Assembly (NCBI GenBank): GCA_051941275.1
Contig: JAVEBF010000086.1
Span: 1-32,087 of the forward strand
Source: Dirinaria sp. TL-2023a
Taxonomy: Eukaryota
Direction: 5' to 3'
DNA length: 32,087 nucleotides
Under the pieces are notes generated by a model. The model was not told the DNA's origin. It saw only the letters and a program-made list of their open reading frames with translations, and ran no database searches. Numbering within the stretch: position 1 is the stretch's first letter; each line of letters begins with the position of its first letter. Shown piece by piece: positions 21,466 to 32,087 of this stretch. The position numbers and the translations under genes were made by a program.

Positions 21466-22568
21466 TCATGCCTTCAATTGGAGCTTGTTCAATTCCATCT
21501 CTCCACTTCCTTCATACGTCACTGTGCCCTTCATCTGGCTCCAAAACTCTCGAATCATCTCGTCTTGACCTTTACCGCCTCTTACCACTAGATATCTCCT
21601 CGCGTCGACCCGTACTTCGTTCTCTCCCGGGTTACCGCCTACAACCTTGCCTCCAGCTTCAGTTGCAACAACCCATCCTGCAGCTATATCCCAAGCCCAG
21701 CAGCCGCCCTCCCAGTACGCGTCCAGCGTACCGGCAGCAACGCCGCAAGCGTTCAAAGCTGCAGAGCCTAGAGAGCGCAATGACTGTACCATACTTCCAT
21801 CTTCACCCGCCAGCGCATTGAATGTCTTGGTCTTGGTCTCCCAATTTGATCCGCGGCGCTCATTACCCCATTCCACAGCGACAAGCGCTGTGCTTAGACC
21901 TTGCAATGGCGGTGCAGGCTGCCTGAATGGCAACCTTCGTGAGACATACTTGGCGTCAACCGCTTCGCCATCCTTCGGAAAGGAGCTAGGGATTTGAGGT
22001 GCGGTCAGGAAGGCCCCTCTACCCTTGATTGCGTGGTACAGCTGTTGAGTGAAGGGGTTGTAAACGACTCCAACGAGCGGCACCAGGTTGTGGGCGAAGG
22101 CAAGGGAAATTGATATGTAAGGCCACGCATGGACGAAATTGGTGGTGCCGTCTATGGGGTCGACGATGAACGTAGGGGCAGGGGTCAGGAGAGCGGAGTC
22201 CGGCGTGGGTGAGGATTCTTCACCTAGGAATCTGGATAGGACAGTCAGTGTCCTGGAGGGCTGGCCTTGGAAGGGCTCGATGAGTAAAAGCTGGATGGAT
22301 CAAAGGGTCTGAACGTACTTGTAGGATGGGTACGCGGCCTTCAGGGAGGAGGAGACCTCATCCTCCACGGCTTTATCGGTCTCGGTGACAAGGTCGGAAG
22401 CTAGAAGATAAGATGCCGTCAGCTTCCGCAGGGTTTGCTCGCTCGGTGGTGCTCACAGTTCTTCTTCGTGTCTACCGTCGAAGGATTGGCCGAAGTGATC
22501 ATCTGTCCAGCTTTCCTGGCTATAGTGATGAGGAAGTCATGGATTTCTTGTAGATTAGGTTCAGCCAT
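21466..22568 (-). CDS. Inositol monophosphatase family protein, 3 exons
   Basis: Motifs DLVTETDKAVE, FLGEE, IVDPIDGTTNFVH, RSLGSAAL, WAWDIAAG. Exons 22568-22457, 22400-22319, 22231-21466 with canonical GT-AG introns. Confidence 0.95.
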
Positions 22569-23153
22569 GTTGGGACGCTGAAGGTCAAAATCGAATCTGC
22601 AGAGATACGATGGAGAGGAAGAGAAGGGTGTGAACTTTTCACCTGTGCAATTACAATCATCAAAGTGGGATGGTGACCTCTTCTATTCCAATCCAATTCT
22701 CGACTACTTCTCCGGACTATTATTTTCCAAGTACAGTCTTATCGATATGGCCTCATGGCATGCTTTACCAAGGTAATCGTACCGGAGTGTGCTTATGTAA
22801 GCCGCACGTTAATCGCGTCTTGGCAAAACTTATCGCGATGTTTCGGCTGAACTTACCCTTCCGACTGCGGCCGCCATCTACAGTTCGCTCCATCTTCTCC
22901 CAAGCCTCTGAAGTCTCCCGTCGGACTCCTCATACGACCTGCCTAATGAAGCAGGTTGCAAGGCATACAAAGACCCACTCTCCGCGCTACGGTAGGTACC
23001 AGTCTCTTTGAGCCCGACTATTGGAGAATCTTGTCTTCTCTCGCGCGTCATGCTGCATGATCTGCTCTGTTCGTCCTTTCTCTGTGTTGATTTTACAATT
23101 AAAGACAGAGAACCCCGCCAAGATGGCTTCCTCACGTTGCATCGTTTGCTGCC

Positions 23154-25044
23154 ATGGCTTTTCGCTCTCTCGCTCTCTTTGCGGCTTCGGCCGTGGCTCA
23201 ATTTGTCCCAGCTCCTACGGACTTGATCTCTGCTAAAGGCTATGCTGGCTTCAATGTGCGCTACAAGCAGGTGCCTCCGGGCATTTGTGAGCAGGACCCC
23301 AACGTAAAGAGTTACTCGGGATACGTAGATGTGGCTCCCGATCAGCACATTTTCTGGTGGTTTTTTGAAGCAAGGAACCAAGATCCTTCAGAAGCCCCGT
23401 TGACAACTTGGATCAATGGCGGTCCGGGTGCGTCTTCAATGATTGGGCTTTTCCAGGAGCTTGGCCCGTGCGGTGTGGACTCGAATGGCAACGTTTACAA
23501 TAACCCATTCTCTTGGTCCAACGTCAGCAACATGCTCTTTATCGACCAGGTAAGAGAGCCAAGCCTGACACAGCTTCAGATGTTCCTTATGTGGCTTTTG
23601 AGGACGACCGTGCCCCGAGATCTCCTGTGACTATTTTTTTGTCTTCAGTTGGAAGGGCTAACTCGAGATTGAGAGTAGCCGACCCAAGTAGGTTTCTCGT
23701 ATTCGATACCCGTACCAGCATATCTGGACCCTAGCAGTCAAGCTGTGATCACATTACCCAACAATACTTGTCCGGACTACGCTCAAGGACTCGGATGTGG
23801 AACCTATTCGTACCCAAACGTGACGCTCACGGCCAGTTCTACAGATTCTGCTGCGCCAAATTTCTGGGCGACTTTGCAGGGTTTCATGGGAGCGTTTCCC
23901 CAGTATTCCAGGGAGACATACAATTTTGCAACCGAAAGCTATGGCGGCCACTATGGGCCAGTATTCAACGAATACATCGAATTGCAGAATGCCAAAAACA
24001 TTTCAGGAGCGCATCGCATCAAGCTCGAATCGGTCCTCATTGGTAACGGATGGTATGATCCATTGCTTCAATATATTGCGTACTACAACTTCACAGTTTA
24101 CCCCGGAAATACGTATGACTACTCGCCATATAATGCATCTATAAAAGCACAGCTCTACAACAATCTCTTTGGGCCCGGCAATTGTGTCGATCAAATCAAG
24201 GCCTGCTACGCAATCGGTACGAACGAGGTGTGCAGTACAGCAGACACTTTCTGTGCGGATGTTGTCGAGGAGGTATACGATAACGTACTCGACAGAGATG
24301 AATACGACATTCGCGAGCTTGAGCCAGACCCATTTCCCTACGATTTCTATGTAGACTATCTCAACACTCCCAAAGTGCAGTCTGCCATCGGTGCCTACCA
24401 GAATTTCTCTGAAGCTTCAAACGCTGTGGGCAATGACTTCGGCACAACAGGCGATGACGGCAGAGAAGAGGGAACGGTGGAGGACATGAAGAAGCTTTTG
24501 GATCAAGGTGTCACAGTAATGATGTACACCGGCGATGCTGACTATAATTGCAACTGGCTTGGTGGTGAAGCTGTATCGAAGGAAGTGGGTCAGCCTGGTT
24601 TTGGCGCTGCAGGTTATGTCAATATCTCAACTTCCGACATGATAGTTCACGGCCAGGTCAAGCAGAGCGGGGCCTTCTCCTTTCTCCGAATATACGAGAG
24701 TGGGCATGAAGTACCCTTTGTGAGAGCTTTCTCAGCGTCTCTTTTGCTACTTTGCAACGGCTAATGCTCTCTAGTATCAACCTTTGGTATCTTTGGAGAT
24801 CTTTGAGCGCGCCATCAAGGGTCTAGATATCGCGACGGGAAAGCTGAAGGTGACGGAGTCGTACAAGACCGTAGGGACCTCGAGCAGCACCTTCCGCGAA
24901 GGCAACTCTACCATCCAATTTTCCGTTGTCAACTCCACAGCAACTTTCAACACCACGACGAACGCACCGAACCCACCATCGAAGCTGGGGCGGCGTAGCG
25001 CGCCGAGACACAAAGGAAAATTGTTCAAACCGATCAGCACATAG
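23154..25044 (+). CDS. Secreted serine carboxypeptidase, peptidase S10 (carboxypeptidase S1-like), 3 exons
   Basis: Signal peptide [44 protein letters not shown] (Ser), GDADYNCN (Asp), SGHEVPFYQP (His). Exons 23154-23549, 23679-24719, 24775-25044. Confidence 0.95.
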
Positions 25045-25604
25045 CTGGTAGAATCGCTGCCCTACTGTAGCGGCGTTGATGTATAGGCGGACAATAACCA
25101 ATAGTACATCGTTTCATAGGATCAGGCTCATGCCGGACGTGGACTCGGCGGGACATGACATGACCAGTACATGTGACCAAAAGCATAACTGACACACTTG
25201 GACGAGATTACCATTCGATAGTAGTAATGTGCGATCGATTTCACAACGCTTTGAAGGAATGCATCTGTCTCAAGATGCTTGTAAATAATTGACCGCAACA
25301 TCACTTCCTCGACTTACTCTCATCGTACTCCCTCGTACCTCATCATATTCGGCCGCCAAGGCTCCGGACTCACCGATCCGAAATAGTTTCCCCGTTCCCG
25401 AGGACGCCGACTCCCCCGAGCGTGTAAGCGTGACGTTGACTTGCCGATGCGCTCCTCCAGGGCGACGACCGAATGTTCTTCAACCCACGCACTTATCAGC
25501 AGCTCCAGAATCTTGAGCGAGAGTCAAAACGTGCTGGCGACCATCACTGTAAGCCAGCAATTGGCTGGCGAACATCTCCAACGGAGATACGGCGTGGACA
25601 AGAA

Positions 25605-28600
25605 ATGCTACTCGTTCATCAAACCGGCAGTGTCAAGATTGGAGAGGTAGTCCGGTAAGTTGGAAGGTGGCGCATTCTGTCTACGACCCGTTCTAACAGG
25701 GTGTAGTTATACACTGACGTATACTCCCTCCTACGACCGCATACTCCCCTCGCCGTCACAGCTTTATGTCAGAATCAAGAACACTTCGGCAATCGTATTA
25801 CGTGGAGCCTACTTGCATGGGCCCTACACTTTATATGCAGCTACGTACCCGTCAACGTTTAACCCAAACCAGAGACCCGAGTATCTCGCGCAATATGACC
25901 CCCCAGACTTTGAACCCAACCTCAAGGCTGGAGGAAGTTGGACAAGCTCTCTAAAAGTGCCGGAGAATATTCGGGAAACCGCAGGCAAGGCAAACGTGAA
26001 GAGAACCACCGATGGAGGCGTACCGAGCTGTACATGGATTATCGAAGTTTCATCGCAGGTCCTCTTCTCAGTCACAGCGGCCGTCGATTTCGAGATCTTG
26101 GTGGGCCGCGATGAAAGATCCATCGAGCTCGGGTTCTCGGCTTTGACGGGCCATGGAGTCCCTGTTCCAGCTCAGCTGCAGGACCACCAGCAAGGTAGAG
26201 GAAAGGCCAGGCGCAGCGCAGCACAGCCTAAGGGTGTCTACTCCAAGGCGATCGGTCTGGTGGTTGATGATACCGCGAGTCTGTGGAATAAACCCGCTCT
26301 ACCAGAATGGAATGACGATGGGAAGGAGAGGGGCCAAATTCGTGGTTTCCAAGAGCGGAGGGGAGATAGTTCTCCCATATTGAAGGGCGCAGGTCGTGAA
26401 TTAAGGTCAGAGCATGAGCCAGTGCGGGGAGAGCCTACATCCAGAAAGCAGAAGAACGTGCATCTCGTTGTGCTCACACATGGACTGCACAGTAACTTGG
26501 GCGCTGACATGCTCTACCTCAAAGAGAGCATTGACGCAGCAGCGAAGGAAGCTCGGGAAGACGCTCGAAAAAGAAGAGGTGAGTTGAGAAAGCAAGAAAA
26601 GAAGAATTCGGAAAGTCATCAAGGACACGGAAAAGAAAACGATGTTCCGACTAACAGCCCAGGCACCTCTACGGCGCCACTCATTAGCGGCCAGGAAGGT
26701 CTTGACTCAGAAATGGATGAGGAGGAGCAAGACGAGGAGGAAGTGATTGTTCGGGGGTTTTCGGGTAACGCCGTCCGTACAGAGCGTGGCATTCAGTATC
26801 TCGGGAAACGGCTAGCGAAGTATGTATTGTCAGTGACTTATCCCGATCAACCATTCTTGCCGGTCAAGAAGTCAATGACGAAGAGTCTGTCGCGAGCCTT
26901 TACCGGCTCTCAGTCATCTGATGTTCAAGCTGGGCTACCAGCGCACAAGGATAGTAGCATTCACCATGGAACCAAGAAAGCAAGTCACCTGGCTTACAAA
27001 ATTACAAGCATAAGCTTTATTGCGCATTCGCTAGGTGGCTTGACTCAGACATACGCCATAGCCTACATACACAAGCACTCTCCTCACTTTTTTGAGGAGA
27101 TAAAGCCCATTAATTTTGTTACCATGGCTTCGCCATTTTTGGGTCTTAGCAATGAGAATCCAATGTACGTCAAATTTGCGCTCGATTTCGGGCTTGTGGG
27201 ACGTACTGGACAGGATCTAGGATTGACGTGGAGGGCTCCAACGATGGTGAGAAATGGTTGGGATGCCATGATCGGAGGTATTGGCGCAGAAGGTCAGCGT
27301 GCGCAAAAGAATCCGGATCCTCAAGCAAAACCCTTGTTGCGGGTTTTGCCATCAGGCCCTGCGCATCAGGTCTTGAAGCTCTTCAGAAATAGAACTGTCT
27401 ATTCGAATGTGGTCAATGATGGCATTGTTCCGCTTCGAACCTCGTGCTTGCTGTTTCTTGATTGGAGCGGACTTGGTCGTGTTGAGAAGGCGAGGCGCGA
27501 GAACGGATTGATTGGAACTATGGCAGGATGGGGCTGGGCTGAGTTCACAGGTGTAAACTCGACCGAGAGACGACATCGCGGATTCGATAGCGGAGCGGAT
27601 TCACAAGCTGACAGTTACTCAGAAGGTTCGAGGAGCACTTCAAAAACCCGTCAGCATCAGATGACTGTGCCCCAGCCAGCCGCAGATGCAACCAAGAACG
27701 ATACGATCACTCCAGGAGAAGGTGACCCCAAGACTCAAAGTTCTATTGAAAGGCGTACAGAACGGTTTGAAGACGAAGAGTATGATGTTGGGAAATCAAA
27801 GGACGAGTCACCAACTCAGCCGCCACACCCTTTGACCAGCCTTTTCAATTTCTTGCGACCAAATCAGAACAAAAGCCATCATCATTCTCCCAAACAAACA
27901 AAAATCTATAAGCGTAGTCAGACTACCAAAGGCGAAGTTGGAGATGCTACCAGATCCACTGAGGATGCGACAACCAACAGGCCAGGTATGGCCAGAGGTG
28001 AATCTCTCCTCGACGATCCTGACGTCCTCGCTCCCCCAAAAACTACGTTTTTTGAGTCTGCAGGCGACATCCTTAACCCTCCTCTCCCTACTGAGGAATT
28101 CCTCATGAATCCAGCGTCTCGCCCTCGCACAATCTTCCACGACCGCATCTACCACCCGGAAGACATTCCCCCTCCGCCTCCCAAACAGCGGTCAAGCCTC
28201 AAACGTACTTTCTCCTCTGACGGCAGTAAAAAATCTTTGAACCGCGTCGACACCGACTACGGTGCTGCGGCGTTCCAACCACAGCCGGATACTAGCGGCA
28301 TGAAAGTTGAAGAGAAGATCGCGCGTGCCTACCATCATGACTTGTCATGGCGGAAAGTCTTAGTCCGCCTTGAACCGGATGCCCATAACAACATTTTCGT
28401 GCGACGCATGTTCTCTAATGCCTACGGCTGGCCCGTCGTCAAACATCTAGTTGATACGCATTTTTCATCTGCCTACTCGGCCGTGACGGCTGATGACCAC
28501 GAGCCGAGCTCTGAGCGAGCGAAGCCAATCAAAGAGCCTGTGGGTGAGCATGGCGAGGAATTGAAGAATGAAAATCCTGACCAAGAAGAGCGAACAAGCG

Positions 28601-29214
28601 GGGTCAGGGAAGCCCAAGATGACATTGGGATTTTGAGGAGTGGCCAAGGAAGGAGCCTAAGTAGTCCCATCGAGGGCAGGAAGAAACTAGAAAGGCAGGA
28701 TAGCGCCATGTGGGATGATGCAATGTTCGAAGTCACAGACGATGATGACGATGTGGAGATCGATGCAACTCTGAGCCCCCGGGAAAGAAGGCAGTTGCTT
28801 GAAGCTCCCCAACATGGCAATCGAGGACATACAGGAACAACAGATGCCGAGATTGCTAAATTCTTGAGCCCGGAGCCAAAGAGGCAGCCTGAGGGCATCT
28901 CTATGCCAAAGGAACCAGAAGCTGCAGCCCATTCTCCTGTCACCGATAGCCCTCGAGAAGAAGTCAAGATATCAGTGGCACCAAGCGGGGGCACCACAAG
29001 CATCGGATTGGGCAAGACGGTCCATGAACAACTTGGCAGTCCAGGCTCCCAGACAAAGAAAAGCGCCAAAGGTGAAGAACAGCAGCAGAGCATTTTGAGG
29101 GATATAACCAAGATGAGTATGTACGAAAAGCAGGAAGCCGCTGCCGAAGACCATGCCGCCGAAGGGATGCCAGCCGGCGAGACTGCGGAGGAAGGGAAAG
29201 ATGGAGGAGCGTAA
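25605..29214 (+). CDS. DUF676 putative lipase/serine esterase, ROG1-like, ~1185 aa, 2 exons
   Basis: N-terminus MLLVHQTGSVKIGEVVR|YTLTYTPS across intron 25655-25706; HLVVLTHGLHSN, nucleophile elbow ISFIAHSLGGL, YSNVVNDGIVPLRTS, DAHNNIFVRR. An upstream in-frame ATG at 25473 would add 44 aa. Confidence 0.9.
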
Positions 29215-29329
29215 GTATTTATATGATGCAGGGCATTGAGTATTTCTATTTTGGCCGTCATAGCGTGGAGTTTGGGAGAGAGCAGCGGGAGTATTAAGAG
29301 GAACTATGCAATCGTTCAATATAAGAGCA

Positions 29330-30060
29330 ATATCTACTCTACACTAAGATCTCTATTGACTATGTAAGAAAGTTATACATACCTATCATTTTGCTATCTC
29401 CATTGTATATGATAGCTTCCTATCAAATTTAATATATTTCTACTCCCAGACAGTTCTAGACGAAGCTCGGAGAATGATCTTTTTCCTTTCATATTTAGCT
29501 CATCTTACTTCTTCTTTATCACCCTATCTTTGAGCATCACTCAATTTATTCAACATACCTCAACTACCAAGATCTTCCTATGATAACACTCATTGAGCTC
29601 TATCAACCAGTTCAGCAATGAAGCACTTCCTTCACCTGTTAACACTCCTAGTATTACAACTTGTCCAAGTGCATGAATTACTCACAGACTTCGACCGCCA
29701 GAACAGCACAAGCTTTAACAGATCTAGACGGATCCATCATATCGAATTCATAAAGATTATCTCATGTAGAACACTGCATGAACTGTTATAATACGTGTTG
29801 TAGGCCTGGAAAGAAGCCTTAGCTCATTCATCAAGTATCCTTCATACTGTGATTTGATGTTGATGGAGCTCTGCAACACATGCCCAGGTAATGAGTATTT
29901 AAACATCGGTTCTGTCCACAGACTTCTCTTTCTTTTCTTTCTTTGAAATTTGTCTTAGAAACCAAATCTTGCTGTGACAATAATCTTCTTTGCCATTTAT
30001 ATACTTTATTTATGCCATAATACATCCCTTTATTGCACCTCTTCTCAAACATCCTCATAT
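29330..30060. other. AT-rich, CpG-poor degenerate sequence; possible mutated gene or repeat relic
   Basis: Visible compositional shift after the lipase gene; minus-strand frames read protein-like with frequent TGA/TAG/TAA interruptions. No family recognised. Confidence 0.3.
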
Positions 30061-30510
30061 CTCACTGTCATGCCATTCACTAGTCTCAGTTCTGAGAGTA
30101 TATCTCAGCGCAAAGTATATATCTCAGCGCGGCGCACTACCTAGGACCTGTGGCCTGACCTTTACCACCATCATCCACCTTCATCCCTCACCGCCCTTCC
30201 CCTTCTTCTTGACTTCTCCTTGCGAACCGACTTAGATACTTAATATCATCATCTTTGTCATGCACCCCCTGATCCACAACCCTCTATCCGAACACAAAGT
30301 ATCTCGCAGACTAATTTCCTACGGTATAACATACGCACGCACAAACACAGCAAAAAGGGGACGGGTTGCCACGATCTACTAGAAACAACCATGAAGAGTA
30401 AATCTCCTCTCCGGCTTCCTCTCTCTCAAACTGAGCAACCAGAGAAAACAAATCTCTCCAGCTCCATTTTGAGTCGACATCTCCTCCACATATCCCAGAC
30501 ATGGAAACTT

Positions 30511-30645
30511 TCGAGAGCATGAAAGAAAAGAGATATTCACACTTAATCCGAAAACTGTCTGAAGGACACAAACCTACTCGAGAGCAAAAGGAAGCGATGT
30601 TCTACACTCAATCCGAAAACTGTCTTAAAGACAGCGAACTACTTA
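30511..30645. repeat. Degenerate tandem duplication, 2 x ~65-67 bp
   Basis: TCGAGAGCA at 30511 and 30578; AATCCGAAAACTGTCT at 30545 and 30610. Confidence 0.8.
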
Positions 30646-30798
30646 GAATCTGGATTTCAAGTGCTTCGTTCTAATACACACGGCATCCATGGTCATTCAC
30701 GACAACCCTCTTGGATCAATCGCGGCCCTTCCTCGAAAACTGCCTGCAGAGCGGCTTTGAACAATGTTCGGGCTTCGGGAAGTTCAAGAAGATAGTGG

Positions 30799-31041
30799 CG
30801 AACGGTGGCTTTATTCAATGACTCAGAGCACTAGAGTGTGGAGGGGAACGAGATCATTGAATTTGGAGATTTAAACAGACACCCGCCGAACGGTGGCACT
30901 GTTCAATGACGCGGAAGACTCGAGTGTCAAAGGGAACGAGATCATTGAATTTGGAGATTTTAAATAGACACCCGCCACACGGTGGCATTATTCAATGCCG
31001 CGGAAGACTCGAGTGTCACATGGAACCAGGTCATAGTTTTC
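30799..31041. repeat. Tandem repeat, ~2.7 copies of an 88-89 bp unit
   Basis: ACGGTGGC anchors at 30802, 30890, 30979; GGGAACGAGATCATTGAATTTGGAGATTT identical in units 1 and 2; CGCGGAAGACTCGAGTGTCA shared by units 2 and 3. Confidence 0.92.
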
Positions 31042-31361
31042 CTCAGCAGCAACGAAGTGATCCGTCGCAGATCGAGTCCTGGACGTATGGGCTTCAGCAT
31101 TCGTCAAGCGAGGAGAAGAGTATATCTTTCGACGTCCTCCCAATCGGGTGATGTCCGGCGTTGCTAAACCTTTTTTCCCTGATTGAAGAGACAGAGGCGT
31201 ACAGGCTCAGGTTTCCCGACGATGGGGATGCTTGTCTGTCAGACGAAGATAGCTCCTCTGACAGCAATTGCCGTCAACTTTCTGTGACCAAGGAAACGCA
31301 ATATCCTCATTACAGTTTTCTGTACTATGCAACACCTTTTCCCGAAATTTTGAGGCCGCAG

Positions 31362-31740
31362 ATATGGTGCAAACCGTCAACGCAGAACGGGAGCTGGTGG
31401 AGCTAGAAACAGTAAGCAAGCGCGAGAGGATGCAAGCGTTCAGTGAGTGGGAGAAGGAGACGCACTGTCCACGGACCCGAAACTCACGAGCTTACAAACA
31501 CGGTCAGGAAGATGCGAGAGCTTAGTGAGCGAGAAGAAGAGATACGGTAGCACAAAATTGAAATTTGCAATATTGCTGTTTTCGAGCTCTTGAATCGCAA
31601 GCAAGTATGGTTAGAACCGTGAACGCAGAACCCGAGCGGGTGGAGCTAAAGACGAGAAGGCAGCGCAAGAGGATGCAAGCGTTCAGCGAGTGGGAGGAAG
31701 AGACGCACGGTCGACGGACCCAAACTCACGAGCATACAAC
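31362..31740. repeat. Diverged direct repeat, 2 x ~135 bp at 243 bp spacing
   Basis: ATGGT..AACCGT.AACGCAGAAC..GTGGAGCTA..AGAGGATGCAAGCGTTCAG.GAGTGGGAG..GAGACGCAC..AAACTCACGAGC starting at 31364 and 31607. Confidence 0.88.
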
Positions 31741-32087
31741 GCGGCGAAAACCCCGGCCGGTGGTCAATTTTTTGTTTGCATGGTCTGGTCTACTGTGTCA
31801 GCTAAGCTGGCAGAGCATTGGCGGATACAGATGGCCCGATGGCATTCAGCTCCCAATCATACGTTGATCGCGCTAGTGGAATCAGCGATGACGATGAGTA
31901 GGCAAGTCTCTAGTCATACTCGAGGAGTTGGTTGTTGGTGTATCTGACGATCGGGTATAGCTCGGAGAAGCTCTCAAGGAATGCTAACCAACTCTGGAGG
32001 AAGCGGGTAAGAAGAATGAAGGCCGCAGAGCAGAGCTTCAAGAGCTTCTCAACCTCGTCATGCCTAGACCTCTGAAAGGAGCGATTC

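Noticed and set aside
21466..29214. IMPase, carboxypeptidase and lipase as a metabolic gene cluster
   Set aside because: Unrelated widespread hydrolases with no backbone enzyme, transporter or cluster regulator.
28473..29261. 262-aa minus-strand ORF
   Set aside because: Antisense shadow of the lipase low-complexity C-terminus.
30099..30130. TATATCTCAGCGC repeated twice
   Set aside because: Short local slippage duplication; no element boundary supports a target-site duplication.
30799..31041. CRISPR-like array interpretation of the 88-89 bp repeat
   Set aside because: Eukaryotic context, whole units are homologous with no unique spacers, and no cas genes.

Overview
Fungal (filamentous ascomycete, Pezizomycotina-like) genomic DNA with short spliceosomal introns. 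In order: an 11-intron ATR/Mec1 kinase gene (-), divergent from TAD2 tRNA adenosine deaminase (+); complex I 20.9/21-kDa subunit NUXM (-); an accessory-looking block with a HeLo-like-N-terminal-domain gene (-) and a disabled PTH11/rhodopsin-domain receptor (+); an RBR (RING-IBR-RING) E3 ligase (+); an uncharacterised two-OB-fold protein resembling RPA70/TPP1/POT1 modules with MCB-like sites upstream (+); inositol monophosphatase (-); secreted S10 serine carboxypeptidase (+); ROG1-like DUF676 lipase (+). The last ~2.8 kb has no intact recognisable gene, only degenerate ORF relics and three sets of local duplications. Most notable: the two-OB-fold gene, frequent AAG splice acceptors plus a GC-AG intron, a palindromic TACC/GGTA tract in the MEC1-TAD2 promoter, and an 88-89 bp repeat whose substitutions look coding. 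All exon models and family calls were made by eye, without database searches. No tRNA, rRNA, CRISPR or intact transposon was recognised.
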